A stretch of DNA of 64,000 nt from Phoronis australis (taxonomy: Eukaryota > Animalia > Phoronida). Shown in pieces: positions 13,530 through 27,500 of the stretch. A program made the translations under genes and the position numbers. The stretch is taken from NCBI GenBank assembly GCA_002633005.1, contig NMRA01000905.1, forward strand, positions 38,822 through 102,821. The letters are read 5' to 3'. Under the pieces are notes generated by a model that saw nothing but the letters and a program-made list of their open reading frames with translations, was not told the DNA's origin and made no database searches. How positions within the stretch are numbered: the first letter of the stretch is position 1; each line of letters begins with the position of its first letter.

Positions 13530-14450
13530 CTAACCTTGGAAATCTTTTCCACTTAGTTGCTCGTATGAAGTCTGTGAGGCTGTGCACCATTTACAATATA
13601 GACAAGAGAAGTCTACCTTCATTGTCCAACGTTTAGACCTACTTTTCCCCAAAAATGTGAACATGCTCGTCGGTGTTTTCTCAGCGCAAGAAAAACACAG
13701 TTATAGTTAAATTCTGGTTTTTGAGTAACGATGGAGTGCTGCCTACAGTTAACTTACTGTCAGCTTCTATTGAATTTAAAAGACGGGAACACACACACGT
13801 GTACAAGCATGCATGTCAATCCACCAATATACAATCGAAGTGGACACTGGATGAAAAACATACCTGTACTTGACAAACACTTTCAATTCCAAATTTGAAA
13901 ACGCCTGCCCTTTACCATACTATGCTAGCAAGCAATATCACATAACACACCTATTTTCTGCTGTTTTGTTTCTTGGTCAATTTTAAGGCATTCACATCGC
14001 ACTACTTTTTGGGAGCTCTCTTACTGCTATAGCTTAGTTAGGTATAGACATTTACTTCTTAACTCCCTTGTTACCTACAGTGTAACCACCACGTGTGTTC
14101 AGTGCCAATGAGTAACATAAACATGGGCGGCACAGCATTCAAAAAAGTGGCGAGACTAAAGCCCCCAGCCCCCTGTGGTGCACCACCTATAGACCATGGG
14201 CGGCGCTGCACTGAAAAAAGTGAGGGCTATAGTCCCCCCAGCCCCCTATGGTGCGCCGCCCATGATTAAAGCCTCCTCCTCTAACCGTCTGCACGATCCT
14301 GTCATTTACGCAAATACAACTCGGGAGAAGTTGGCCGGGTTCAACCAGATGGATACGTGAAGCGCTTTGAATCAGAAGCAAATTTATAATTATTACTAAC
14401 TCAGTTATCATTGTAGTTAGCAGTAGCTCCAACAATTTTGTTGTTGTCCA
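13530..14450 (+). repeat. Diverged direct duplicate of ~16135-16990 within NUS1 intron 1
   Basis: Collinear shared words: taaccttggaaatct, gaggctgtgc, tagacctactttt, aacatgctcgtcgg, ctacctat/cagt, gcattcaca, taaagcctcct, ttgttgttgtccatct. Confidence 0.8.
14122..14263. mobile_element. Tandem pair of ~70-bp CATGGGCGGC-ended mini-MITEs
   Basis: 14195-14263 has a perfect 12-bp TIR CATGGGCGGCGC...GCGCCGCCCATG; a degenerate twin lies at 14122-14190. Confidence 0.75.
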
Positions 14451-16325
14451 TCTGAATCCTATCTTTAACGGATAGTCTGGGGCTGGACCTTTTCCACAGA
14501 GGGGGGTTCCAGGCCCGTAGCCTGCATTGCGCGGGGGGTGGTTTGAATTTCTAGTATGGTGGACCTTTGATATTGTAACAGGAATGATCTCATCTGTCTC
14601 TGTATTAGCATGACACCTGCTGGTCATTGTTGGTACTAGTGCATTCATACATTTTGGGCATACCTTATTTGGTAAGGGACCATGAATTCCAAGAACTTTA
14701 ATTTGGTGACTTGTCATTGGCATGGTTTGTCCTGTGACAGCATCTATAAATAGTAGGCCGCTTCGTGGTTTTTGGAGTTTGGTCACTTTTTCTAGTGACA
14801 TTTCGGCTCAACCAAATTCAACCGAGGCGGAGCTCGCTTTAAAGAATGCGTAAGCGCACAAAGGTTTAGTCCCTTAAACTTTCGGCTATATCTCTAAATT
14901 CACCCCTACTCCAAAAGCAAGTGATCGCTCTCATAGTTCTCCCCACAAAACGCTGGGGCTTAACTGTCTAACAAGATGCATCATCACAAATGCACACTCA
15001 CCGCATTTACACCTCAGAACAAAGACCCGACAATGTTTGACAACGAAACTCAGGATTGCTTGTGAGTAAACGTACTAGCGACTGTTACTGTTTTGTTTAG
15101 TTAATAAACGCTGCATACTACTACAACATGGCAATTGTTTCCTTTGACTTGAGAGTTCATTCATTTTAATACTAAAATAGTTCACAAGTCCTGTCCATGC
15201 TCGATAACGAGACACACCCCAGCATCCCGATTACAATATTTTGCAAGCATCAACACTATAGTTTTCGGTAAGGCCCTTGACACAGCTTAACTAGGGGAGA
15301 GGAAAATCTGTATACACAACGACGAGTCTCAGCTCTATGTTCCCAAGATCAGACAGAATTCAGAATACCAGAAATGAGGATGCCCTGACGATTGCTCACA
15401 AAGAGCGGGACCCAAATTCAGAGGTAATGTGGTCCAGAAAGAGAACGTTCCCGCGTTACCCCAGCCCTGCCAAACTTTCAAACCAGGCGTGCTTAAATGG
15501 GTGATTACACCTCATTACATACTCGGATGAAACTATTTAATTGGAGAATGATCGACTTGAATATTTTGATCTGGTTGTATTTTGCGTGTAACTTAACTTG
15601 CTTACATCGCTAAAAATGGGAACAGCCCAGTATTCCAAAGGTTCACTACTCTGAAGGTTCACTACTCCGAAAATATCTAAAATTTCAGACTTGGGTGTAT
15701 CAAATATACTTTTACCTGCAAAAATAGACACTTCGGTTATTATATGCACTAGGTGGTGTAGATATGCTCAAACAACGCCCGGATTTCCTGCGTATACAAA
15801 ATTGCCTGCATCCTGCAAGCAATTTCGAATATGGAAAATGAGTACATACTTGAATTTTTAAAAGAATATGAAGTAGGAATATTGATGAATTATCAACCAC
15901 GATACATCAACACCCAATGTTGTCCCTGCTTGAGACTGAATGAATTGTTAGTTAGATTCAAGATTCACAATTGGCAGTGACTGGAACTGAGCTCATTTGT
16001 AAACAATGTAATCAAAGTTTTAAGAACTATTCAACTTTTGCACACTCTTTAAATGGTTACTAAATGGACAGTACTTTTCTCTTGTCAGTTCCAACTTATT
16101 AGCATGGAGTAGTGAACCTTCAGAATAGTGACAAGTAACCTTGGAAATCTCTTCCATCAAGTTTGATGATCGTATGACGCCTTCGAGGCTGTGCGCCATT
16201 GGCACTGATTGACGAGAAAAGACTTTCTTCATTGACCAAAGTTTTTAATAGATCTAGACCTACTTTTGCCTAATAATATAAACATGCTCGTCGGAGTTTT
16301 CTTAGTGCAAGAAAATATGGTAGTT

Positions 16326-16397
16326 CATGTGCGGCACAGCACTGAAAACAGTGAGGGCTATAGTATCCCCCCAACCCCCTATGGTGCACCGCTCATG
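16326..16397. mobile_element. 72-bp mini-MITE (same family as 14195-14263), 5-bp TSD TAGTT
   Basis: TAGTT|CATGTGCGGCAC...GTGCACCGCTCATG|TAGTT; the paralogous empty site at ~13704 has a single TAGTT. Confidence 0.85.
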
Positions 16398-17837
16398 TAG
16401 TTAAATCAAGGAGTGTATTGTACTACACTCCTTGGTGAAATGTCCGATTTTTTGAGTGACGACGGAGGACTACCTATGGTGAGCTTAATTATCATCGGCG
16501 TGTACTGAATTTGAAAGAATGGAATCGCACACACGTGAACACACATGCATGGCATCCACCAATCTACAACTAAAGTGGAAAATAGAAAATGTCTGCACTT
16601 TACCATATTCAGCCACTATCAAAACAGCAGATAACAAACCTACTTTCTGCTATTTTGTTTCTTGCTCTATTCTAAAGCATTCACACAGCACTAATGGGAG
16701 CTCTCTGGCTGCTACACAGCCTACCTTAGCTATAGGTACAGACAATTCTTCTGGACTCCTTTATTACCCTATTTTGTTGTAGCTCACTACCTGGTTCAAT
16801 GTTGATGAATAATATAAAGCCTCCTCTAATTCTCTGCACAATCCTATCATCAAGCACCATTCTGGCCGAAATTGACCAGGTACAGTCCCATGATTACAAG
16901 AAGTAAATTCAAAGTATAATTGACTTATTATTATATTATTGTATTTAGTATAACCAATAGCTGCAACAAATTTTTTGTTGTTGTCCATCTATATCTAATC
17001 CCGTAAAGGCGAGGCTGGACCTACCTTTTCCTCGAACCCCCTCTCACTATGGGCCTGATATTGATTGAAGGAGCATTTGTTTAAATTTGAAAGAATTAAA
17101 GACAAAACCAACCTCCCAAGGTGTCCCTCTGGCTTGTGCTCAATAGGCACCAAAAGCAACGCCACTTTGATGCTTTAATGAGGCATACTTTGCTAAAAGG
17201 CTTCCAGCTAAATTAGGGTGTGCCATCACCTAGGGCTAGGGGATCCCCAATTCAAGTCTTGCCATGTTCGCAGATTTTTTAACACAGTCTGAATAAGCCT
17301 TGGTGCAAAGTTGTATACTAAATATACAGCTTTGCCCTGATGTGGGTAAAAAATAACCAAATAAAATCTGATACAAAATTAGTGTCATTAGTTACCGGTG
17401 TTGGAAAAAGTGGCGTTCTACTGTTATTCTGCTACTACAGTTGTGGTGCAATCTTTTACATCGGCTTTCGGCGCCATGAAATATTGCATCATCTATTGGC
17501 CAGTTTCTTTTTTCCAAAATTTTAGGATATGTCGTGTGCGCGTCTCGAGCGTAGTGTTTTCAAACGATGATTGACTTTTCTTACAACAAAAGCCAGGGAA
17601 TTACAGTGTTCTCCACAAGCTGTTTTTACTCGACGCTGAAACGAGTTTGGATTTTGCCGCGCATCAAGTTTAAAAATTGCTGCGCCAGGTTTAACCCTTT
17701 GGCTGGCTTGGCACTTCAGGCCTCAGCACCAAAGCAGAGCCAGATCTTACCAACATCAAGCCCAATTCAGTACTTCTAATGTAGTTAACAACATATGTGT
17801 AACTTTTCATGACATTACAAGAGTGTAAACTATAAAG

Positions 17838-20023
17838 CAGGGCTCGACATAACGAGCTGCAGGTCGCATTTGCGACCAGAAATTTGGAAATGCGAGCTGA
17901 GATTTTTGTCAGCTCGTATCAAGTCGCAAAATGTGACCTGGAATTTCCAACGAATGCGAGCTGAGTTTTTACACTTCTCAACAGATACCTGGCAAATACA
18001 AAGCAGTTCTTGTTAATCCGACCATTATTTGGTTGTTGCCAAATCCAAGTTCAAAACAACACTAACCGAGAACAGCCCTCCCGATGACTTGTAAGCAAGT
18101 CACGTGAACATGGGATATGCAGAATCGATCTTTGACGCGTTGGCTAACACTTTCGGCCACTTTTGTAAATTCCCGGATTCGCCGAAGAAAGTTTCGGGCC
18201 TCTGCTTAACACGTGATAAAACTTCACAAAACAACGGTGTTTCTACTAATTCTTAAGCAATCAACTTACCAAACTTTGTGGTGGACAAAAATGTTTATTT
18301 TTCACATAAGATGTCCTTATTACATGTACCGAATATCCACGACAATATCCCTGATATCGCACTGCTGCACCGTTAGCGTGCAAGCGGTCCCGGCAGACAA
18401 TCGTGACTTAGACTGAGATGTGCTTCTCCTTTTTATCGTATTAAGACAGCCAAAGTGAAAATGACAACCTTATTAATCGCCAAACGACGGTCACGTCTTT
18501 ACTTTCAGTTGCCAAGAAATTCTGAGACCCTTTACTTGTTTCTGGGGCTACGTGCGCGAAATATGATTCGTCTTTCACACGTTGTTGTCAACGTAAAGTG
18601 TAGGCCTTCTCCAGCGATTCAAGTGCGTGAACTCATGCGTGCGCAACATTTCAAACAACAACGACAGTCCTAAATGAAAGAGTATACCCGTCCCGCTTGG
18701 CTCTGGTTATTTTGAAAATGAACTCAGATTCCCAGCGGTTATAAAAGACCCGATGTCCCGGGACCGATATAACCCAGAAGGGGTGTTCCTGTTCCGATGA
18801 TTCCCTAGGTCGATGTTCTGTAAACCCTGTATTCTATGCCCGTAGCCAGCTATTGCAACTAAACTGGCACTAGATGCGAAATTGTGCTTCAAGTTAGCGA
18901 ACATTCTTCTTTTTATATACCCCCCCTCGGCAACTTTTCGCTCCCCGAACCACCGTCGCCGTAAAATGTTCAGACTCCTATAGAAACAACCTTGTTCCGG
19001 CTGAAGCGGGCAGTTAAAAACAAAATCATTCCGGGTGGCTAAAAAGGGTACAATGTAGGTGGTAACAATATCCAGAAAGTCACACCTACTAGATGGAGTT
19101 TGCCTCGCAAAATCATATTATTATAACGTTTCTTACCATTGTAGGGTTTTAATATCTTATTACCGCAAACACTGAGGTTAACGACTACGCTCACGCACAA
19201 GCCTACTCCCTACCTTTAAAGTGTTTCATAATAAGCGCTCACTGATCTATTAAAAGTCCCCCCTTAAATTTTGAGAATTTCAAATTAAGTGCCCACACTT
19301 CAAGCTAGCGCCCATGATAGCGCACTACAAACGACCGCGTGTGGTTTAAAATTGACACGCAGCTTATATGGTGTGTCACTTTCATTTTACACAACTTCAG
19401 TTTTCAAAAACGTCTTTTCACAATATGTAAAAACCAAATCCCGGCTTTGTTTTATACCTCGGAAAGAAAGTTAACACTAGTGACATGCGTGTCGTTTTGT
19501 GACTGACTTATTTTTCCCGTACTTGGAAGGTATTGAGAAGCAAACTCGCCATTACCCGAGTTAGTTAGTTTGAATCGTTAACGACTTTGATGACAGCCAG
19601 TAGCGGGCCAAATGTAACAAAATCCCGGATACTTTTTCAACGGGCATTTTCTCCCTTTTCACATCGCAAATTTAGCTACTCGAATGCACAAGTCAGTTAG
19701 GGAGCACTGATTCAACTTTCACGTCGGCAACTTGCCTTGCGCTCTAGAGTCTTTCAATGGCGGTCGTGAAGAACAGTAAGGCCGTACCTGCATGAATGAA
19801 GTCAATTTTGAGATCCGAAATTTGTGGGTATTTAAAGCTGCAGGTGAGAGCATAACCTAAACATTTTCTCGATGATCTAAAAAATCTTTTTTGGCGCGTA
19901 AAAATGGCGGGAAAATTTTGCGACCTGGCATTTACAAATGCGAGCTAGATTTTGAAAATGCGACCAGGGATTTTGGCTAGGTCGCAAAATGCGACCTGAC
20001 GATTTTAATAGCGTCGAGCTCTG
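17838..20023. mobile_element. 2.19-kb non-autonomous DNA transposon, 5-bp TSD TAAAG
   Basis: TAAAG|CAGGGCTCGAC...GTCGAGCTCTG|TAAAG; subterminal TGCGACC/GGTCGCA repeats at both ends; no long ORF. Confidence 0.88.
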
Positions 20024-20249
20024 TAAAGTGATACAATTCTTTACATAACATGGAGTTAACTGACTTGCTTAAACAAATGACTAATCTTTGTCATTCTAAC
20101 CTTAAAATTTTGCATTTGAACTTCTAAATAGCAATTTGATTTGCTTTATGAAGACAATTTTGATTTTGACTGACATCTGTTGGCAAGTTAGAACATATTA
20201 GCTTATTCAACCTGACAACAGGTGTCACTGAAAATTAGGTCACACCAGA

Positions 20250-22272
20250 CAGGGCTTGACATAACGCAAATGCGACCTGAAATTTGAAAATGCAAGCTGA
20301 GATTTTTGTCAGCTCGTATCAAGTCGCAAAATGCGACCTGGAATTTCCAACGAATGCAAGCTGAGTTTTTACACAAGTTTCTTGGCAGATACCTGGCAAA
20401 TATAAAGCAACTCTTGTTAATCCGTTATTTGGTTGTTGCCAAATCCAAGTTCAAAAGAACACTAACCGAGAACAGCCCTCCCGATGACTTGTAAGCAAGT
20501 CGCGTGAACATGGGATTTGCAGAATCGATTTTTGGCTAACATTTTTGACCACTTTTGCAAATTTCCGGATTCGCCGAAGAAAGTTTTGGGCAGCTGCATA
20601 ACACGTGATAAAACGTCACAAAACAGCGGTGTTTCTACTAATTCTTAAGCGAGAACTTACCAAACTTTGTGGTGGACAAATATGTTTATTTTTTGATGTC
20701 CTTATTTCATGTACCAAATATCCACGACAATATCCCTGATATCGCCTGTGGCACTGGTCGGACCCGTTGTTAGCGTGCAAGCGGTCCCGACAGACAATTG
20801 TGACTTAGCGATGTGCATCTCGTTTTTATTGCATAAGACAGCCAAAGTGAAAATAACAACCCTATTAATCGCCAAACGACGGCCACGTCTTTACTATCAG
20901 TTGCCAAGAAATTCTCAAACCCTTTACTTGTTTCCGAGGCTATGGACGTGCGCGAAATATGATTTGTCTTTCACTAATCACACGTTGTTACCAACGTAAA
21001 GTGTAGATCTACTCCAGCGATTCAAGTGTGTGAACTCAGGCGTGCGCACCACTTCAAAGCTGCACATTAAAAGAGAACACCGACAGTCCTAAATGAAATA
21101 GAATACCGGCTTGGCTCTGTCAAGCACCCGGGTGCCAGTGGTTTATTTGAAAAAGGAACTCATAGATTACCGGCAGTTATAAAAGACCCCATGCCTTACG
21201 GAACCGATATAACCCAGGACTGATATTTTCCTGTCCCCATATTTCCCAAGGTCAAGGTTCCCAAAACTCTATAGTCGATCTATGCCTGTAGCCAGCTATT
21301 ACAACTAAATGGATATTAGATGCAAAATTGTGGTTAGCGAAACTTTTTACTCTTCCCCCCTCGGCAACTTTTCACTCCCCGGACCACCGTTACCATAAAA
21401 TGTTCATTATTCCGGGTGGCTACAAAGGGTACAGTGTAGGTGGTAATGACATAGAGAAAGTCACCCCTACTAGATGGAATTTGCCTCGCAAAATCGGATT
21501 ATTATGACATTTCTTACCATTGCAGTCTTTTAATATCTTGTTACCGCAAACAGTCAGGATAACGACTATGCTCACCCACAAGCCTACTCCCTACCTTTGA
21601 AGTGTTTCCTGAATAAGTGCTCACTATCTACAAAGCGTTCCCCCTCCACTTCTGAGAATTTCCAATTAAGCGCACAACAAACGACCGGTTTAAAATTGAC
21701 ACATAGCCGATATGGTGTGTCACACAACAAATTCAGTTTTAAAAAAAAAACGTCTTTTCTCAATATGTAAAAACAAAATTACGGCTTTATTTTATACTTC
21801 CGAAAAAAGTTAACACTAGTGACAAGCGTGTCATTTTGTGACTGACCTATTTTTCTCGTACTTGGAAAGTATTGAGGAGCAAACTCGCCATTACCCGATG
21901 GAAACCCGCACGGAGGGAGTCGGGAATTATTTCGAGGCTATATTCATTTCATGGAAAACTAATTCTTGAGTACGTAAACAGCATAAGTACCTTTTTGTGG
22001 TGAAATTTGCACTGAATTGTTCCCGCCCATCCAAATAGGTCATTCGGTTAGGGCTTCGTTTCACGAATTTTTTTCCACTGATGTTTTTCAAACATTGATT
22101 TAAGTAGCAAATTTTGGGCTGCGAACAAAAAGTGGAGGGAATTTGCACTCCGAGTTAGTTTGAATCTTTAACGACTTTGATGACAGCCAGTAGCAGGTCA
22201 GACCCAGCAAAATCCTGGATACTTTTTCAACGAGCATTTTCTCCCTTTTCACATCGCAAACTTAGCTACTCT
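20250..22272. mobile_element. Second, right-truncated copy of the 17838-20023 element with a ~250-bp insertion (~21898-22150)
   Basis: Starts CAGGGCTTGACATAACG; collinear with 17838-19680. Confidence 0.85.
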
Positions 22273-22938
22273 CGAGTTCCGAATAGTCGTATCTATACAA
22301 TTATTTATTTCAGACTCGTTTTCCGGTCTATATGACGCTTATTCGGGTCTCTACGTTTATTAATTTTCTCACCTTCTTCCAATTTCCACGATTATTTAAT
22401 TTAGCAAGTTCACAACTCTTCGTTCATTCAATACAAATTTGTTACACAAAAACTCTGAAGCCGACACCGGGTATCATACCTTGGTCAAAAGACGAAGTAT
22501 ATTCGCTCTAAACCTCTAGACACTTACTTCAAATTTCGTAATTTAGAAGAGCTATATACGACTCCGCGTTACATGTCATACACATTTAAAAATTTCATTC
22601 GCTAAAAGATACAACTGTATGTTTCAAAGTGTAAAATAATTGGACTCCTAAGCAAGGGATTACTCAGCCAGACGGCCAGAATGATATTTTGGATGGGTTC
22701 GACGGGATCGGTTAGAATGAAGAGTGTTGGCAAAATTTTAAAAAACTTGAAATGATGACCACTTTCTCAATATTAATGGCTGGTAGGGAGTCGCTCAAAG
22801 AAATGGACCATCAGTAATTTCAGAAATTAGAAATTTAATGCACAAAAAGTGCATTTTCAATATTTCGCGGGCCCCGCGACACAGATCGGTTAGAATAACG
22901 GTAGAATGCCATTTTTCCAACACCGTTAAATAATCTAG

Positions 22939-23591
22939 GGTAATTGTTTACAATCCGACTCCATTAACGTACATACTTGATACTACTATTTTCTGAATCT
23001 TCGAGTCGTGGTGATTCCAAAAAATGTATTACTCGTACTGATTGGTCGATTATCAGTCACAATTTCCAAGTTTTTCCCAAGTGTTCATTTGCAACGCGGA
23101 TTTAGTGAGGCAGCCATTATTAAAAGTGCGACACCTGTCGGCAGGATTGATAACTAACGATTAAACGCGAGATGTCAAGTGTTTTCTAGGACGACATTTG
23201 TCCATGAGAACACACACTCTCGTGTTTTTTCTAATGAAGTTTTGAAGAGGGAATCCTTTATAAATGACTATTACTGTTTTTTTCAAAGTTTCCCTAACAT
23301 TCCACGCGGTATCTTCAACATACTAGCCAATTTTGGGGTCTTTTTGACACATGCATGATCGTTGTAGTTATCATTCCTGCCGACAGGTGTCGCAGTTTTA
23401 TAATGGCGGTCACTCGAGATCGGCTGCCGCAAATGAACAGCTTGTATAAAACAGTGAATGCATGAATAAAAAGAGCCTAATCGGTACGAGTAATACATTT
23501 TTGGAATCACCATGATCACCCTGACGAGAGGACTCAGAAAATGTTAATATCAAGTATGTACGTTAATGGAGTCGGATTGTAAACAATAACC
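22939..23591. mobile_element. 653-bp MITE with GG..CC termini, long TIRs and 8-bp TSD (Merlin-like)
   Basis: TAATCTAG|GGTAATTGTTTACAATCCGACTCC...GGAGTCGGATTGTAAACAATAACC|TAATCTAG; host-repeat empty sites at ~25115 and ~27030. Confidence 0.82.
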
Positions 23592-23820
23592 TAATCTAGT
23601 TTACTCAAGGAAGACTGTAGTTTTTAATGACACTAATTTTGTGTCAGATTTTATCTTACCACTTTTTTACACCCACATCGGCGCAATGCTGTATATTTAG
23701 TAGTAAAATTTAGTATACAGCTTTTGTACCAAGCCTTGGTCTGTCACAGAGCTGTTTTATATGCTATTGACTGACCCTAACAAGAAGATTAGATAATCAA
23801 CACGTCCAGGACTAACTTAC

Positions 23821-24103
23821 CATTTGCATCGTATAAGCTAATGCACGAAACTCCCATCCCTATACACCACACACATAAGTTCGCCAAATCATGACACGAG
23901 ACATCGTTTTCACAAATCAAAAAACCAACGTGAACTGGAAGTTTGGATAAAGTTTGTGAATCCTTGATTAGATCTGCAGGGTTTTTGTGATATGCTTCAA
24001 ATAACCACTTCTTTGAGGGAAATCCAAGTATGAGATGAGCCAAAGTTGTCTTCAACCAAATCAAATAGTGTATAACAAGTAATATCCACTTGCAAATACC
24101 CAT
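23821..24103 (-). CDS. NUS1: NUS1/NgBR (dehydrodolichyl diphosphate synthase complex subunit) exon 1; spliced CDS 759 nt, 252 aa
   Basis: MGICKWILL...KLPVHVGFLI...DLANLCVWCIGMGVSCISLYDAN G|gtaagt; hydrophobic N-terminus plus conserved KLPxH and VWC..xGxxxISxYD motifs. Confidence 0.95.
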
Positions 24104-24465
24104 TTTACGTGACGAAATCTGAGATAGTCCTCGAACACCGCATGGACGAACAGACAGAGCCGGTAAAAGAGGTCAACTAGTCTCCGTTGACAAGTCGGCA
24201 ACAACATGCAATTTGAGACCAGTTAATCCACGTCATCATTCGCCAGGTGTCCGTCGAAGTTGGTCATGTGGCTGAAGAATGTCACATGATTTCTGTTTCG
24301 ACCGGATATTTATAGGGATCAGGAAAATAGCGAATGCACCATGGACAGTATTTTGTAAAGTTTGGCCAAGAAGAGAATAGGCTACAATTTGAATGACCAT
24401 TGAACTGGTCGCTCGATTATAGTCTTTTGAATGCTGTTAGAAGAACAGAGGTTTATTTGGTGAGT
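24104..24465. promoter_or_regulatory. Putative bidirectional promoter of NUS1 (-) and the SLC49A4-like gene (+), with a candidate non-coding first exon ending at 24459
   Basis: Divergent genes; GTGAGT donor at 24460-24465 could pair with the acceptor at 29526; GATGACGTGG (-, 24228-24237) and TCATGTGAC (-, 24281-24289) motifs. Confidence 0.5.
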
Positions 24466-24482
24466 AGACAGGAGCTGGCGTT

Positions 24483-27400
24483 TCTGGTAAAAAGCTAGCC
24501 AGCCAGCTAGCTGTATGATGACTGTCGTCAAAATACAGCTAGGTCCCACTGCGTGTATTTCTTCCGTAAACCCCGAAATTGCACGCAGCCAGGGTAGTTC
24601 TGCTCGTCACCGTGCCGTGAAACTTGTATCAAAATGTAAAGCTAAAGACTGGACAGGGTGCATGCAAAATCTGGGAATCAACCAACACTCACCTTGCCCG
24701 TTACAGCCGTTTAAGTGAAAAACAATGCAATAAACGTCATTTTCTTGTGTAACTCTCCGCCTTTTCTAACAATGAAAAGTATGTCTTCGTTTTGAAAATA
24801 ATACGCTCGTGTCACGCGCACGCGCCATTTCCTAAATTTTCGCGACAACTTCGGAGAAGCAAAATTTCTTCTGAAATTCGGTTTTTCGGTATCGAAATTC
24901 TAAAAACTTGTAATGAAGTGAAACCAGTTCCAATAATTTGTTGTGACGTGTACGCAAGCTCGTGAAAGAACAGCAGTTGATTGAAGAATCGGCGAAAAAA
25001 GAAACTGGCCAATAGGTGACGCAATATTTCGTGGCGCCGAAAGCTGTCGCTAAAGATCGCTCCACAACTTTAGCAGCAGAATAACGGTAGAACGCCATTT
25101 TTCCAACACTGTTAAATAATTTTGTTTACTCAAGGAAGCCTGTAGTTTTTAATGACACTAATTTTGTGTCAGATTTTATCTTACCACTTTTTTACCCATA
25201 TCGGTGCAAAGCTGTATATTTATATACAGCTTTGTACCAAGGCTAGTAAAAAGCTAGCCAGCCAGCTAGCTGTGCTGTATGAAGTCGAAGACTGTCGTCA
25301 AAATACAGCTAGGTACCACTGTGTGTATTTCTTCCGTAGACCCTGAAATTGCACACAGCCAGGATATAGTTTTGCTCACCTCGCCATGAAACTTGTAGAG
25401 TCCGAATACCCATTGTCGTCAGGCTCCAAAGGTCGTCCGCCATCTTCTTTCGCGTGCAGCGCAGCCACGCGGAACTTAGCGTTCCAATTTGGAGTGCTCA
25501 TCTGCACGTTAGGTACTAACCTCTCGGGAGAAACACGCATGGAAGAACTGAGACTAAAATTAATGCATTTACCGACTGGTTTTTTGATACCACTTATAAA
25601 CTTGTAGATTTTAGTAATGCACTTTTTTGTTCATTTTCAGAAAATATTTTCGAAATTAAATTTTCTTAGGACGGAACAAAAACCAACTCAGTGATTGTTT
25701 ATGCAATGTATCTATTTGTCCCAGGCACTAACCGACACCTGTTAGGCCAAAGGAAAAACGCAGCAGACAAATGCAACACGCTGGGTGCTTAACAGTTTCT
25801 GCTCACGCCTTGGTCATCAAAATATTGTCCACTTGTTTTTTTATTGCAAAACAAAGTACTGAGCTCAAAATTTATGTTGAATTCTTGATTATGGGTAATT
25901 TATTAGAACAATTGTATTGAGGTTCATTATGATCAACTTGCGCCGACAAAGTCTCAAAGGGTTATAGTTCTGTTCTGGCTGACAAGGTGTTAACATAGAA
26001 TGAAAAGCAACTGAAAAGAAAAAGAAAGACAGCAGAGATAAGTGGTGTTAAGTACAACAAGAGCAGAAAGTCAAATAAAGAGGTCACTAACAGAAAATAA
26101 AGTAAGGTCTATCTGGAATAAAACAATTGCGATTTATTTTCCCGAACTGAAATTCTAAATTAATTTTAATCGATTTAAAAATCGATATCACACTAGTAAA
26201 GCAGTTTGTGGTTGAAGTAGAATTGCTGTAAACCACTTTCCACTATTTTCTTGGCCTTTTTCTACATGGCTTTCTGTTAAATCCAAAGGCGGCAGCATAT
26301 GACGACCATAGGAGTCATTATAAAATGGCCGCCGAAAAGCAATGCACAGTTGAACAACTCGGCATAAGTAAAAGAAAACGTTTCAATCAACGAATACTAC
26401 ATATTTGTGAGAAATAAATCAAATCCTATTCAGAGCATAACTTTGAAGTGGAATAATTGGGCGAGTACGACAACAAGCCGGTTTTATGCTTAGGCGGACG
26501 ACCATTGGGTTCCCGAGTATATCAACATGTAAAGCTAATGACTGGATGGGGTGCACTGTAGTGAAACGTCATTTGACCTGTGTAGTGAATTCCAAAGTGT
26601 CTTACCTTATAATAGCACTATAGGTGCTCTTAGGTTCCTAGGGTCAATATGTGAGTCGGTTGGGTTCAATCGTCGATATTAGTAAAAGCCCCGCTCCAGT
26701 CCTCATGCCAGCCTTTTGCATTGGCCGCAGAAGGGCCGCTGAATATTCATGTAACGCCCTCATATTGGCCATCACCGGCATATGGGCCGGGGCAGCCAAT
26801 GTCGGCAGTCTCCAAGACGAACAGCTGTCGTCTCTTGATGTCGACAGAGGGTGCGCGCGGCAGAAGGCCAGCGCAGCAGTGAGACAGGTCAAAATTAACG
26901 TCTCACTGCAAAAAAGAAACTGGCAAATAGGTGACGCAATATTTCATGACGCCGAAATCCATCGCTAAAGATTGCTCCACAACTTTAGCAGCAGAATAAC
27001 GGTAGAATGTCATTTTTCCAACACCGTTAAATGATTTAGTTTACTCTAGGAAGACTGTAGTTTTTAATGACACTAATTTTGTGTAAGATTTTATCTTACC
27101 ACTTTTTTACCCACATCCGTGCAAAGCTGTATATTTAGTATAAAGCTTTGTACCAAGGCTAGTAAAAAGCACGACACTGGTCGTTATTTAGTGACAGCCT
27201 GGTAGCCTGGTTCAGGTACTGTTTTCAAAATGATGACATACTTTTCATTGTTGGATAAGCCGGAGAGTTACGTAAGAAAATGACGTTTATCGCATTGTTT
27301 TTCACTTAAATGGCTGTAACGGGCAAGGTGAGTGTCGTTTGATTCCCACATTTTGCATGCACCCTGTCCGGCCTTTAGCTTTACATGTTGATACAAGTTT

Positions 27401-27500
27401 CACGGTGAGGTGACGAGCAGAACTACCCTGGTTGTGTACAATTTTGTGGTCTACGAAAGAAATACACACAGTGGTACCTAGCTGTATTTTGACGACAGTA
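24483..27500. repeat. Composite repeat cluster: direct and inverted copies of a TAGCCTTGGTAC-ended element and an adjacent module
   Basis: 24483-24620 is repeated at 25243-25395; 25000-25250 is repeated at 26915-27170 (related copies at 17296-17520 and 22890-23735); 24515-24800 is inverted at 27220-27500. Confidence 0.75.

Noticed and set aside
14187-14801. 204-aa minus-strand ORF
   Set aside because: Runs through a MITE and a duplicated intronic segment; no domain signature or convincing splice context
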